Below are positions 1-10,352 of a stretch of 64,000 nt of DNA, one piece after another; position 1 is the first letter of the stretch, and each line of letters starts with the position of its first letter. The notes beneath the pieces were generated by a model. That model ran no database searches. It saw only the letters and a program-made list of their open reading frames with translations, and was not told the origin of the DNA. This stretch comes from Candidatus Eiseniibacteriota bacterium (GTDB lineage Bacteria > Eisenbacteria > RBG-16-71-46). Position numbers and translations under genes: made by a program. Where the stretch lies: positions 32,001 to 96,000 of the forward strand of contig JANMQY010000023.1 of the NCBI GenBank assembly GCA_031370785.1, in the 5' to 3' direction.

Positions 1-1674
1 CACGCCGCGCCGTTCACCGAGCCGCTCGAGCGCGCGCTGATCTGTCGCTGGCGGCTCGAAAAGAAAAGCCCCGAGGCCGCTGTGAGCGAGCCGCGCGAGC
101 CGATCGTCTTCTACCTCGATCGCGGCATGCCCGAGCCCGAGCGCACGACGGTGCGGGCCGCGGCCCTGTGGTGGAATCGCGCATTCGAGCAGGCCGGGTT
201 CCGCGACGCGATCGTGATCCGCGATCTGCCGCAGGGCGCCACGTTCCTCGACGCGCGCTACTCCGGCATCCAGTGGACCAGCCGCGCCGAGCGCGCATGG
301 TCCATCGGTCAGAGTCAGACCGACCCACGCACGGGAGAGATCCTGCACGCGGTGGTGATCCTGGATTCGCACCGCCGCCGCACCACCTCGCGCATCTGGC
401 AGGATCTGGTCCCGCCTTCGCCGCGGGGCGCGGGTCGCGCGCCGTGTCGTGCGCCCGATGCAGCCGACCCCGCGCTCGACGATCCCAATAGTCCCGAGTC
501 GACGCTGGTGCTGGCGCGCCTCTCCTACCTCTCGGCGCACGAGGTCGGGCACACGCTCGGGCTCGAGCACAACATGGCCGCCACCACGTTCGGCTGGGGG
601 TCGGTGATGGACTACCTCGCGCCTCACGTGATGCTGCGCGAGGGACGCTTCGATCTCTCGGACGCCTACCCCCGGGACATCGGGGAGTACGACCGGCTCG
701 CCATTCGCTGGGGATACACGCCGCACACCGACCCCGCGACCCTCGATCGCATGGTGCGCGAGGCGCAGGCTCGCGGCGTGGTCTACCCGCATCCGAGCGA
801 CGTGCGCTGGAACGAGTACGACTGGGGCCCGGATCCGGTTCTCTGGCTCCCGGCGACCATGGAGGTGCGCCGCGAGATGTTGCGCCGGTTCGGCATCGGG
901 CAGCTCAGGGAGGGCGAGCCGGTCTACGACCTGCAGCGCCGCTTCTCGCTCGCCTACCTCTACCACCGATACGCGATCCAGGCGGCGCAACGCGCGATCG
1001 GCGGCCGGTACGTGACCAACGCGCTTGCCGGGGATGGGCAGGTGCCGATCGCCGACGTGCCCGCCGCGAAGCAGCGCGAGGCGCTGGAGCATCTGCTCGA
1101 GGCGCTCGCGCCGTCCGCGCTCATCGTGCCCGCGAACGCCGCGAGCGTGCTGGTGCCCGCGCCCTCGACCATGGAGCCGACTCGCGAGCGCTTCGCCTCC
1201 GAGGCCGGAGACCTGTTCAGCCCGCTCACTGCGGCGCGGGTGCTGGCCGGACTCATCGTGCGTCCGCTTCTCGACCCCGAGCGCGCCGCGCGCCTCACGC
1301 TCGCGGAAGGCGCCGACGCACTCACCCTCGATCGCCTGCTGTCGCGACTGATCGCCGCGACCTGGGGCGTGGGGGGTGGCGCGGAGCGCCCCGAGCTGCG
1401 GACGCTCCGGCACATCGGGCAGCGTGTCACGCTGGATGCGATGCTCGGCCTGGCGGCCCGCACGGACGCGGCACCCGAGGTGCGCGGCGCGGTGCTGGCG
1501 CGGCTCGAAGCGCTGCGCGCCGATCTCGCGCGAAGGAATGCAACCGATCCGGCGACGCGTGCGCACGTGAGGCTTGCGGCGCGCGATCTGGCGGAGTTCC
1601 TCGACCGGCCCGAGACCCGCGCCGCTCGCCCGCCCACGCTACCGGTGCCGCCGGGGCGGCCGATCGGCCACTGA
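1..1674 (+). CDS. Zinc-dependent metalloprotease (metzincin, EcxA/DUF4953-like), 5'-truncated by window edge
   Basis: Frame open from base 1; HEVGHTLGLEHN zinc motif followed by SVMDY Met-turn; RWRLEKK..EPIVFYLD typical of the family. Confidence 0.88.
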   Translation, partial: HAAPFTEPLERALICRWRLEKKSPEAAVSEPREPIVFYLDRGMPEPERTTVRAAALWWNRAFEQAGFRDAIVIRDLPQGATFLDARYSGIQWTSRAERAWSIGQSQTDPRTGEILHAVVILDSHRRRTTSRIWQDLVPPSPRGAGRAPCRAPDAADPALDDPNSPESTLVLARLSYLSAHEVGHTLGLEHNMAATTFGWGSVMDYLAPHVMLREGRFDLSDAYPRDIGEYDRLAIRWGYTPHTDPATLDRMVREAQARGVVYPHPSDVRWNEYDWGPDPVLWLPATMEVRREMLRRFGIGQLREGEPVYDLQRRFSLAYLYHRYAIQAAQRAIGGRYVTNALAGDGQVPIADVPAAKQREALEHLLEALAPSALIVPANAASVLVPAPSTMEPTRERFASEAGDLFSPLTAARVLAGLIVRPLLDPERAARLTLAEGADALTLDRLLSRLIAATWGVGGGAERPELRTLRHIGQRVTLDAMLGLAARTDAAPEVRGAVLARLEALRADLARRNATDPATRAHVRLAARDLAEFLDRPETRAARPPTLPVPPGRPIGH

Positions 1675-1677
1675 AGC

Positions 1678-3033
1678 TCAGCTTGCCTTGCGCCGGCCTT
1701 CGATCACGCGCAGCCCACTTGCGCTCGTACGGGCGCGGCGGCGCAGGTCTTCGAACCCGGCGGCGGCGAGCAGCACCACCAGCGGTTCGATCGGCAAGCG
1801 CAGGCGCAACGAGCCCCAGAACACCACGCTGCCGAGCGTGAAGTAGAGGATGGTCAGCAGGGCCAGCGACTGGAACCAGCGTCGCGGGCCGCGCAGCGTG
1901 CGCACGCCGCCCCACAGCGCGAGCGGGAGGATCACCAGCGACCAGAGCAGCAGCGGATCGATCCGGCGGGCAATCGCGGCAAGCGGAGATCCGCTGCGCT
2001 GCCAGCCACCGTTGGCGCCGATCTCGGCGCCGAGCCGCCAGAACCGGCCGAGCTTGGCAAGCGCCATCGCTGGCCACTCGGCGGAGTGAGCGCGCAGGAA
2101 GTCCAGCGCGTGTGCGCGGGCGAGCGCATCGGCCTCGGGTTCGCTCCGGCCGCGGAACTCGCCGGACAGGGTCTCGAGCGCGTATCGGCTGTCCGCGCCG
2201 CCGCGCAGCGCGGGGTCGCCCCACACGATCGGATTGTTGCTGTCGAGCAGCGCACGCCCGCCGCCGGTCGTGACCGGGACGAAAGCGTGCATCACCGCGG
2301 CGTTGCGCAGCGTCCACGGTCCGACCACCAGCGCGACGCCGAGCAGAAGAAGCGCGCACTGCCGGATCCGGTCGCGGGTCGCGACCGTCAGGCCGAGCGG
2401 CGCCCACGCCCAGCCGAGCACCACCAGCGGCAGCAGCAGCGCGGGCGGCCGGGCCAGAGTGGCGAGCCCCCACAGGAGCCCGACGCCGAACGCTCGCCCC
2501 GGACGCGGCGTCTTGATCCACTCGACGCTCGCGAGCAGCGCGGTCACCAGCACCAGGCAGAACAGGGTCTCGGTCAGCAGGTAGCCGCAGAAGAAGATCA
2601 GCAGCGGATGCACCACCGCGAGCCATCCCGCGATGCGCCCGACGTTCCCGCCGAAGACCGCCGCCCCGAGCGAGGCGAGCATCACCGGAGCGAGCGCGCC
2701 GATAAAGCATTGGAAGAGGAGAGCCGCGAAGTACTGATGTCCCGCAACGCGATAGACGAGACTCACCAGCCAGGGGAGGAGCGGCGGCACAAAGGCGGTC
2801 GGATACGCCCCGCTGCCAATCCCGAGGGAGAATCCGGCGCCGCGCGCGAGATTCCACGCCACGGCGTCGTACTCGGCAGGGTCGGAGTACGGGGTGGCGC
2901 CCGGTCCCGAGGCAAGCCAGGCGTAGGCCGCGCGCAGCACGAATGCCACCGCGAACATGAGCAGCCACGGTCCGGCCGCTCCGCCCGAACCGGCGGCGGG
3001 TCTGCGCGGGGTGATGTCGGCACGCTGGATCAT
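1678..3033 (-). CDS. GT-C fold (ArnT/PMT, GT39-like) membrane glycosyltransferase
   Basis: Multi-TM; SDPAEYDAVAWNL, PPLLPW, LLTETLF, LARP, PWTLRN motifs. Confidence 0.8.
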   Translation of the reverse strand: MIQRADITPRRPAAGSGGAAGPWLLMFAVAFVLRAAYAWLASGPGATPYSDPAEYDAVAWNLARGAGFSLGIGSGAYPTAFVPPLLPWLVSLVYRVAGHQYFAALLFQCFIGALAPVMLASLGAAVFGGNVGRIAGWLAVVHPLLIFFCGYLLTETLFCLVLVTALLASVEWIKTPRPGRAFGVGLLWGLATLARPPALLLPLVVLGWAWAPLGLTVATRDRIRQCALLLLGVALVVGPWTLRNAAVMHAFVPVTTGGGRALLDSNNPIVWGDPALRGGADSRYALETLSGEFRGRSEPEADALARAHALDFLRAHSAEWPAMALAKLGRFWRLGAEIGANGGWQRSGSPLAAIARRIDPLLLWSLVILPLALWGGVRTLRGPRRWFQSLALLTILYFTLGSVVFWGSLRLRLPIEPLVVLLAAAGFEDLRRRARTSASGLRVIEGRRKAS

Positions 3034-3343
3034 GGTCGCGAAGTGTAGCAGAGGGTCCGCGCGTGTCCGGGCAAGGGCTTCGTGCGGAACCCTGCGCCGG
3101 CCAGGAATCGGCCGGGCTTTCTGCATTTTGCCCGCCCGCGCATCAGGCCTTGCCATGCAGGCGTCGCTGCAACTGCCGCGCCTTCAACAGCCGCACCTGC
3201 ACAGAGCCGCTTCGGATGGCGGCAGGACTGTTGCTAGTGGTGGGCTCCGTTTCGCGTGAGTCCTCACGGCATGCGGCAGAAATCCGGCGCGCTGAACGGG
3301 CCGGGAGCGTCGCAAACCTTTCCGAAAGAGGCACGAGCGCAGC

Positions 3344-3868
3344 ATGGACCACTACATTCCCAAGCGCCGGATTCCCGTCACCCTCTGGTCGCACGATCGT
3401 CAGGGATTTCCCTGCCAGATCTTCCTCGACCTCGACGCCGAGGGGCACCGGCATCAGACCGTGCTCGAGAAGCTCTCCGAGTCCAGCAGGTTCCTGCCGG
3501 TCGCGGTGGGCGAGGAGGGTCGCATCCACCTCTTCAACAAGAGCCGGATCCTGCGCGTCACCGCCGGCCGTCAGGTGATCCAGAGCGACGTCTTCGCTCG
3601 CGGCTTCGAGCCGTGGCGCGAGGAGGAATGCGAGTTCACGCAGCTCGACGGCACGACGCTGATGGGGCGGGTGTGGATGCCGCTTCAGCGCGAGACCCAG
3701 CGCCTGTCCGACTTCATGAACGGCACGGGCGGCGGATTCTTCGTGCTGCTGACCGGCTCCGCGGTGCACGTCGTGAACGCCGCGGGCGTGATGGAGATGA
3801 AGCTCTCCGAGAGCGCCGGCATGTCGGTCGCTGCGCAGGACCCGGAAGGCAATCTGCGCATCGCCTAG
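3344..3868 (+). CDS. Hypothetical protein with two tandem small beta domains (DUF6812-like, tentative)
   Basis: High-GC codon usage; internal duplication (..LEKLSESSRFLPV.. / ..RLSDFMNGTGGGFFVL..). Confidence 0.6.
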   Translation: MDHYIPKRRIPVTLWSHDRQGFPCQIFLDLDAEGHRHQTVLEKLSESSRFLPVAVGEEGRIHLFNKSRILRVTAGRQVIQSDVFARGFEPWREEECEFTQLDGTTLMGRVWMPLQRETQRLSDFMNGTGGGFFVLLTGSAVHVVNAAGVMEMKLSESAGMSVAAQDPEGNLRIA

Positions 3869-3914
3869 GTCACGCCGCTTGTCTCATCGGCCCTGAACCC
3901 GCTACGGTGCGCAC

Positions 3915-4811
3915 GTGGCGGGTTTTCGAGTGGCATTCGTGCAGGCAAGGCCGCGCTTCGGGCGCACGGCCGAGAATCTCGAGCGCGGGCTGGCGCTGGC
4001 CGATTCGGTCGAGGCCGACCTGGTCGTGCTTCCCGAGCTGTGGTCCTCGGGTTATGTGTTCTCATCGCACGCCGAGGTCGAGGCGCTGGCGGAGGACGCG
4101 ACGCGCGGACCGACCGCGCGCGCACTGAGCGCCGCCGCCCGCCGCCGTCGCCGGCACTACGTGGCCGGGTTCCCCGAGAGCCATCGAGGGCGGTTCTACA
4201 ACAGCGCCCTGCTGGTTGGCCCGACCGGAGTACGCGCGGTCTACCGCAAGCTCCACCTGTTCGAGCGCGAGCAGGTCTGGTTCGAGCCCGGCAACCTGCC
4301 GCTCGCAGTGCACCGCGTGGGGCCGGCGCGGGTCGGGCTGATGATCTGCTTCGACTGGCGTTTTCCGGAAGCGACGCGCGTGCTCGCGCTGCTCGGTGCC
4401 GACCTGATCGCGCATCCCTCGAATCTGGTGTTCCCTCAGGCCCAGCGCGCCATGATCACGCGCTCGATCGAGAACCGCGTGTTCACCGTGACTGCGAACC
4501 GGACCGGAGCGGATGTGCGCCCGGACGGTACGGTGCGCTTCACCGGACGCAGCCAGATCACCGATCCGGCGGGTCACGTGCTGGCCAGTGCCGGCGTGCG
4601 CGCCGAGATCGCGCGCGCCGCGTCCTGCGATCTGGCGGCTGCGCGCGATAAGTCGCTCACCGCCCTGACCGATCTGTGGGCCTCGCGCCGCCCCGAGTTC
4701 TATCGCGCGCTCACGGTTCGCACCGGCGCGAAAGCCGCGCGCCCGTCGCGACGCACAGGCGCACGCGCGACCCGGCGCACGCGCACGCGGAGCGAATCCC
4801 GGCGCACCTGA
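3915..4811 (+). CDS. Carbon-nitrogen hydrolase (nitrilase superfamily)
   Basis: Catalytic E-K-C motifs LPELW, YRKLHLF, ICFDWRFPE. Confidence 0.92.
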   Translation: MAGFRVAFVQARPRFGRTAENLERGLALADSVEADLVVLPELWSSGYVFSSHAEVEALAEDATRGPTARALSAAARRRRRHYVAGFPESHRGRFYNSALLVGPTGVRAVYRKLHLFEREQVWFEPGNLPLAVHRVGPARVGLMICFDWRFPEATRVLALLGADLIAHPSNLVFPQAQRAMITRSIENRVFTVTANRTGADVRPDGTVRFTGRSQITDPAGHVLASAGVRAEIARAASCDLAAARDKSLTALTDLWASRRPEFYRALTVRTGAKAARPSRRTGARATRRTRTRSESRRT

Positions 4812-4968
4812 AACCGGCTTGCCGGAAGCACGCACTCCGCGGTTGAGTCTCCCGGACTTTCTCCCGTATATTCCTGGGCGTGCCGGGCCGCACTCACCTT
4901 CCCGGCCTCTCCGATAGGCCGCCCCCACCGCGCCTCGCCATTCACGACCTGCCCCGCAAGGAGTGTGT

Positions 4969-6609
4969 GTGGAGAATGCCCGAGCGAATTCGGAGGAGCG
5001 CGCCCGTGCGCTATCGAAGTTCATCGACGAGCTCGTACAGGAGCTCGAACCCATGCAGCGCGAGTTCAACGAGCTGACCTGGCAGGCGAACATCACCGGA
5101 AGCCCCGAGCACGAGCAGGCCAGCGCCAGGCTCGATGCGCAGATCCGCGTGCTGTTCTCGAAGCGCGAACCCTACGAGTTCCTGCGAGGGATCGAGAAGT
5201 CCGGAGACCTCCACGACCCGGCGCTGGCGCGCCAGCTGAAGCTGCTGCTGAATACCTATCGCGCCCATCAGATCCCCCCGGCCACCATCGAGCGCATGGT
5301 GGCGATCGAGAAGTCGCTGGAGAGCCGCTTCAACAACTTCCGCGCGCTGCTCGGGGGCGAGCGCGTCAGCGACAATCACATCCGGCAGGTGCTGCATCGC
5401 TCGGAGGACGTGAGCGAGCGTCGCGCGGCGTGGGAAGCCTCCAAGCAGATTGGCGCCGAAGTGGCCGCCGATCTGATCGAGCTGGTGAAGATCCGCAACG
5501 CGGCGGCGCGGGGCCTGGGCTTCGCGAACTACTACTCGATGGCCCTCACCCTCGATGAGCTCGACGAGGACGAGCTGTTCGAGCTGCTCGACGAGCTGGA
5601 TCGCGGCACGCGCCCGCTGTTCGACCGCTACCGCGCGGACCTGGATGCACGGATCTCGAAGCGCTTCGGAATCTCGCCGCGCGAGGTTCGTCCATGGCAC
5701 ATGAGCGATCCGTTCTTCCAGGAGGCGCCGACTGCCGAGGTGGATCTCGATCCCTTCTTCAACGAGCGCCCGCTCGAGGAGCTGAGCGCAACGTACTTCC
5801 GCTCGATCGGGCTCGAGATCGAGGATCTCCTGAAGCGCGCCGACCTGTACGAGAAGCCGGGCAAGAGCCAGCATGCGTTCTGCCTGCAGGTGGACCGCAA
5901 TCGCGACATCCGCGTGCTATGCAACCTGCGCCCCAACGAGCAGTGGATGAGCACACTGCTCCACGAGCTCGGCCACGCCGTGTACGACCAGCACGTCGAC
6001 CTCGAGCTGCCCTACCTGCTGCGGACCGCTTCGCACACGCTCACCACCGAGGCGAGCGCCATGCTGTTCGGCCGGCTGAGCAAGAACGCCGAGTGGCTGC
6101 ACCGCTACGCTGGCCTCGACCGCGCCCAGGCGACCAGGGCCGGCGAGAAGTTCGCCCGTGCCATCCGCGAGCAGCTGCTGGTGCAGACCCGCTGGTGCCT
6201 GGTGATGTGCCACATGGAGCGCGCGCTGTACCGCGACCCGGATCAGGATCTCGACACGCTGTGGTGGGATCTGGTCGAGCGCTTCCAGAAGGTCTCGCGT
6301 CCCGACGGGCGTCGCGCGCCCGACTGGGCGAGCAAGATCCACTTCAGCGTGGCGCCGGTCTACTACCAGAACTACATGCTCGGCGAGATCATGGCCTCGC
6401 AGCTCCAGCGCCATATCCTGGCTCGTGTGCTCGGCGGCGGCGCCGACGCGTGGGAGCGCTACGTCTCGAGCCCCAAGGTGGGCCAGTTCCTGATCGTGAG
6501 CCTGTTCCGCAGCGGCAAGGCGCTCGACTGGCGCGGCACCATCCGGCAGGCGACCGGCGCGCCGCTTCACACCGATGCGTTCGTGAGCGAGCTGGCGGGG
6601 CTCCACTGA
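4969..6609 (+). CDS. M3/M2-type zinc oligopeptidase
   Basis: HELGH motif, downstream TEASA and IHF..PVYYQNY; AAGGAG RBS before GTG 4969. Confidence 0.88.
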   Translation: MENARANSEERARALSKFIDELVQELEPMQREFNELTWQANITGSPEHEQASARLDAQIRVLFSKREPYEFLRGIEKSGDLHDPALARQLKLLLNTYRAHQIPPATIERMVAIEKSLESRFNNFRALLGGERVSDNHIRQVLHRSEDVSERRAAWEASKQIGAEVAADLIELVKIRNAAARGLGFANYYSMALTLDELDEDELFELLDELDRGTRPLFDRYRADLDARISKRFGISPREVRPWHMSDPFFQEAPTAEVDLDPFFNERPLEELSATYFRSIGLEIEDLLKRADLYEKPGKSQHAFCLQVDRNRDIRVLCNLRPNEQWMSTLLHELGHAVYDQHVDLELPYLLRTASHTLTTEASAMLFGRLSKNAEWLHRYAGLDRAQATRAGEKFARAIREQLLVQTRWCLVMCHMERALYRDPDQDLDTLWWDLVERFQKVSRPDGRRAPDWASKIHFSVAPVYYQNYMLGEIMASQLQRHILARVLGGGADAWERYVSSPKVGQFLIVSLFRSGKALDWRGTIRQATGAPLHTDAFVSELAGLH

Positions 6610-7763
6610 GCGCAGATGCGGCGCAGCCGCTCGAGGGCCTGATGGTCCTCGACCTGTCGAGGGTGCTGGCCGGGCCGTACGCGACGCAGCTGCTCGGGGA
6701 CCTGGGCGCGGAGGTGTGGAAGATCGAGCGCCCCGGCACCGGCGATGAGACCCGCGCATGGGGTCCGCCGTTCGTGGCCGGCGAGTCGACCTACTTCCTG
6801 TCGGTCAACCGCAACAAGCGGAGCGCCGCGCTCGATTTCGAGGACGCCGGCCATTGCGCGGCGCTTCGCCGGGCCGCGGCCGCCGCCGACATTGTGGTCG
6901 AAAACTTCCTGCCCGGAGACCTCGCCCGATTCGAACTGGACGCGGCCTCCCTGCGGAGAGCCAAGAGCGATCTCGTCACCTGCTCGATCACCGGCTACGG
7001 GCAGGACGGCCCCTACGCGATGTTCCCGGGATACGACGCGGTGCTGCAGGGGTTCACCGGGCTGATGAGCATCACCGGTGAGGCCGGAGAAAAGCCGCTC
7101 AAGGTGGGAGTGGCGCTGGTCGATGTGCTCACCGGCGTGCACGCGGCGGCCGCGATGCTCTCAGGCCTGATCGGGCGCCTGCGCGGGCGTGGCGGCTCCT
7201 CGATCGACATCGCCCTTTTTGAAGTGGGTGTGGCCTCGCTGGTCAACGTCGCCCAGGCCGCGCTCGCGACCGGCGAGCCCGCGCGGCGCCACGGCAACGC
7301 GCATCCGCACATCGTGCCCTACCAGACCTTCGAGGCGGCGGACGGCGCCATGGTGATCGCGGTCGGCAACGACGCGCAGTGGCGCCGGCTGTGCGAGGCG
7401 CTCGAGCTTGGGGCCCTGGCAGCGAATGGGCGGCTCGCCGCGAACCCCGGGCGCGTCTCGGCGCGCGCCGAGGTGACCGGCGCGATCGCGGCGCGGCTCG
7501 TGTCGGGAACGCGCGCGCACTGGCTCGAGCGCCTGCGGAAGGCTCGCGTTCCGGCCGGGCCGGTGCGCGATCTGCACGAGGCGGTGCGGGACCCGGCGCT
7601 GCGCGAGCGCGGCATGGTGCACGGCGCGCCGCCGGCGGGCGGGGGAGTCTCCTCCGAGCTGTTCGCCCTGCCGTGGCTGGCCGACGGCGCGCGCGCGCCG
7701 CTGCGCCTGAAGCCACCCGCGCTCGGTGCACACACCTCGGAGTTCCTCGCGCGTTTCGGGTAA
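6606..7763 (+). CDS. CaiB/BaiF family III CoA-transferase (start uncertain: CTG 6606 or ATG 6642)
   Basis: PLEGLMVLDLSRVLAGP, LGAEVWKIE, NRNKRS, GYDAVLQ, PPALGAHT motifs. Confidence 0.93.
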   Translation: MSADAAQPLEGLMVLDLSRVLAGPYATQLLGDLGAEVWKIERPGTGDETRAWGPPFVAGESTYFLSVNRNKRSAALDFEDAGHCAALRRAAAAADIVVENFLPGDLARFELDAASLRRAKSDLVTCSITGYGQDGPYAMFPGYDAVLQGFTGLMSITGEAGEKPLKVGVALVDVLTGVHAAAAMLSGLIGRLRGRGGSSIDIALFEVGVASLVNVAQAALATGEPARRHGNAHPHIVPYQTFEAADGAMVIAVGNDAQWRRLCEALELGALAANGRLAANPGRVSARAEVTGAIAARLVSGTRAHWLERLRKARVPAGPVRDLHEAVRDPALRERGMVHGAPPAGGGVSSELFALPWLADGARAPLRLKPPALGAHTSEFLARFG

Positions 7764-7817
7764 GATGCCCGGTCGATGCGCACCCCGACACCCCATCCTC
7801 GAGAAACCGCGGGACCG

Positions 7818-9071
7818 ATGAACCGAACAGCGGCGAAAGCGCCCCGCGCCGGCGCTCGATCCCGGCTGGCGCCCACTGCGTTCGCTCTCGCGGCCGTGCT
7901 CGCCTTCACGGTTGCGACCTCCGCGCGAGCCGATGTCACGTTCGCCAACTCCGACAGCGTCTACCTGGTCGGCGAGTTCGTGGACCCGGTGTGCCTGTTC
8001 CAGCACAACATGCACGGCGCCTCGGCGAAGCAGTGCGCGATGGTGCGCGGCCGGGTCGAGCAGGGGATGGGCTTCCTCGACATTCGCCGCCGCCAGTTCT
8101 TCACCGTGGTGGGCCAGAACCACTGGCAGGATCCACGCGCCGGCTTCCTCGATGCGCTCGGGGAAACTCTGGTGATCAAGGCGCGGGTATGGAATCGCGA
8201 CGGTGCGGCCGCGATCATGGTGAACTCGGTCTACCCGCTCGAAAGCCAGCCGCTGGCCGCCTACGCGTGGTGGCCGTGGCGCTTCGAGTGGAGCGTGGTT
8301 GCCGGCTGCGCCATTCTCGCGCTGCTCTACCTGCTCGCGCTCACCCGCTGGCGCACCGCGCTCGGCGGCAGCGGACGGTTCGAGCGCGGCCGCGCGGCGC
8401 TGTTCCTCGCGGGTCTGGCGGTGGTCCTCGTGGCGCTGAACGGGCCGCTTCACGATCTGAGCGATGCCTACCTCTTCAGTACCCACATGATCCAGCACCT
8501 GCTGCTCTCGCAGGTCTTCCCGCCGCTTTTCCTGCTCGGACTCCCGCGCTGGCTGGCGCGCCGGGTGACCGCGTGGCCCCCGATTCGAAGGCCCTGGCGC
8601 TTCCTCTCCGGCATTCCGATCGGGTTTGCGATCTACACGCTGGTGTTCACCCTGTGGCACGTGCCGGCGCTGTATGACCTGATGATGCGCGTCCACGGCT
8701 TCCACATCGCGATGCACCTGATGGTCATGGCGAGCGCGATCCTGATGTGGTGGCCGGTCGCGGGAGGGGCCGCGGTCGAGAAGCCGCTCGGCGCGCCGGC
8801 GCAGATCCTCTATCTGGCGGTGATCGGAATTCCGATGATGCCGATCGCGGCGCTCATCACCTTCGCGGCACAACCGCTCTACGAGTGGTACGCGCTCGCT
8901 CCGCGCGCATTCGCTTCGCTGTCCGCGCTCGAAGACCAGCGCCTGGGCGGCCTGATCATGTGGGTGCCGGGGACACTGTTCTGGGTCCTTCCGATCACGG
9001 TGATCTACTTCCGGTACGCCGGCAGTGGGTCGCACTCCAACGACACGCTGGTGATCCCAACCGTCTCGTGA
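7818..9071 (+). CDS. ctaG: CtaG (caa3-type) cytochrome c oxidase assembly protein with extra N-terminal exported Cys/His domain
   Basis: YLFSTHMIQHLLL, WHVPALYD, DQRLGGLIMWVPG motifs; signal peptide and GEFVDPVC domain before the TM part. Confidence 0.8.
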   Translation: MNRTAAKAPRAGARSRLAPTAFALAAVLAFTVATSARADVTFANSDSVYLVGEFVDPVCLFQHNMHGASAKQCAMVRGRVEQGMGFLDIRRRQFFTVVGQNHWQDPRAGFLDALGETLVIKARVWNRDGAAAIMVNSVYPLESQPLAAYAWWPWRFEWSVVAGCAILALLYLLALTRWRTALGGSGRFERGRAALFLAGLAVVLVALNGPLHDLSDAYLFSTHMIQHLLLSQVFPPLFLLGLPRWLARRVTAWPPIRRPWRFLSGIPIGFAIYTLVFTLWHVPALYDLMMRVHGFHIAMHLMVMASAILMWWPVAGGAAVEKPLGAPAQILYLAVIGIPMMPIAALITFAAQPLYEWYALAPRAFASLSALEDQRLGGLIMWVPGTLFWVLPITVIYFRYAGSGSHSNDTLVIPTVS

Positions 9072-9206
9072 GCACGCGAGAGCGCGAGCCGCGGCCCCTC
9101 GCCGCATGCGCGGCCCCCCGGCGCACCCGGTTTGCGCGCCGCGCGCCGCCGGTGCGATAGTCGCGGAGAATTCCAAACCACCTCCGACTCCCGAAAGGAG
9201 CCCTGC

Positions 9207-10352
9207 ATGACCTCCGGAACCCCCGCGCCCGCACGCCGCGGTCTCGACGGCGTGGTCGCGGCCCAGACCCGCATGAGCCACGTGAACGGCACCGCGGGAG
9301 AGCTGATCATCGCCGGCTACGAGCTGAAGGAGCTGGCCGGACGCGTCAGCTTCGAGGAAGCGGCGTGGCTGCTGTGGCACGGTGCGCTGCCCAACCCGAG
9401 CGAGCTGGCGGGCATGCGCCGTGAGATCGCGGCCCAGCGCGCGATCGGCGTCACCACCCTCGACGTGATCCGCGCCGGATCCAAGGCTCCCCCGATCGAC
9501 GTGCTGCGCATGGCCTGTGCGACGCTGTCGCTCGACCTCGAGAGTCCGGACGACATCAGCCCCGCGGCCGACGCGAAGGATGCGATGCTGCTCACCGCGC
9601 GCTTTCCGACCATCGTCGCGGCCCACGCGCGAATCGCGGCGGGCAAGGACCCGATCCCGCCGCGTGCCGACCTCGGTCTGGCCGCGAACTTCCTGTACAT
9701 GGTGCACGGCAAGGAGCCGGATCCGATCGCCGCAAAGGCGCTCGACACCTACTGGGTGACGGTGATCGACCATGGCATGAACGCCTCGACCTTCGCCGCC
9801 CGCGTGATCGCCAGCACGCGGTCCGACATGGTGAGCGCGGTCACCGGCGCAATCGGCGCACTCAAGGGCCCGCTCCACGGCGGAGCGCCCGGCCCGGTGC
9901 TCGACATGCTGGTCGAGATCGGCACCGCGGAGAACGCCGAGAAGTGGATCCGCAAGGAGCTGGCCGAGGGGCGGCGGATCATGGGCTTCGGGCATCGCGT
10001 CTACAAGGTGCGCGACCCGCGCGCCGAGGTGCTGAGCAAGATGGCCGAGGAGATGGGCAAGGCGCACCTCGAGGATCGCCGCCTGTTCGACCTGGCGCGC
10101 ACCGTCGAACAGACCGCGCTCCGCGTGCTCGACGAGGTCAAGCCCGGGCGGAACCTGAAGACCAACGTCGAGTTCTACACCGCGCTCGTGCTGCAGTCGC
10201 TCGGACTCAAGCCGCGTGGCTTCGTCGCGATGTTCGCGTGCGGGCGCGTGGCCGGCTGGTGCGCGCACGTCATCGAGCAGCACGCGGAGGACCATCTGAT
10301 CCGCCCGCAGTCCGAGTACGTGGGGCCGCGCGGATTGAAGGTTGGGCGCTAG
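9207..10352 (+). CDS. Citrate/2-methylcitrate synthase
   Basis: GLDGVVAA, DHGMNASTF, GPLHGGA, MGFGHRVYKVRDPRA, NVEFY; AAAGGAG RBS. Confidence 0.95.
   Translation: MTSGTPAPARRGLDGVVAAQTRMSHVNGTAGELIIAGYELKELAGRVSFEEAAWLLWHGALPNPSELAGMRREIAAQRAIGVTTLDVIRAGSKAPPIDVLRMACATLSLDLESPDDISPAADAKDAMLLTARFPTIVAAHARIAAGKDPIPPRADLGLAANFLYMVHGKEPDPIAAKALDTYWVTVIDHGMNASTFAARVIASTRSDMVSAVTGAIGALKGPLHGGAPGPVLDMLVEIGTAENAEKWIRKELAEGRRIMGFGHRVYKVRDPRAEVLSKMAEEMGKAHLEDRRLFDLARTVEQTALRVLDEVKPGRNLKTNVEFYTALVLQSLGLKPRGFVAMFACGRVAGWCAHVIEQHAEDHLIRPQSEYVGPRGLKVGR

Noticed and set aside
3255..3343. GCAAACC..GAAA stretch resembling a c-di-GMP-I riboswitch
   Set aside because: The expected P1/P2 pairing and conserved GCAAAG junction could not be built.
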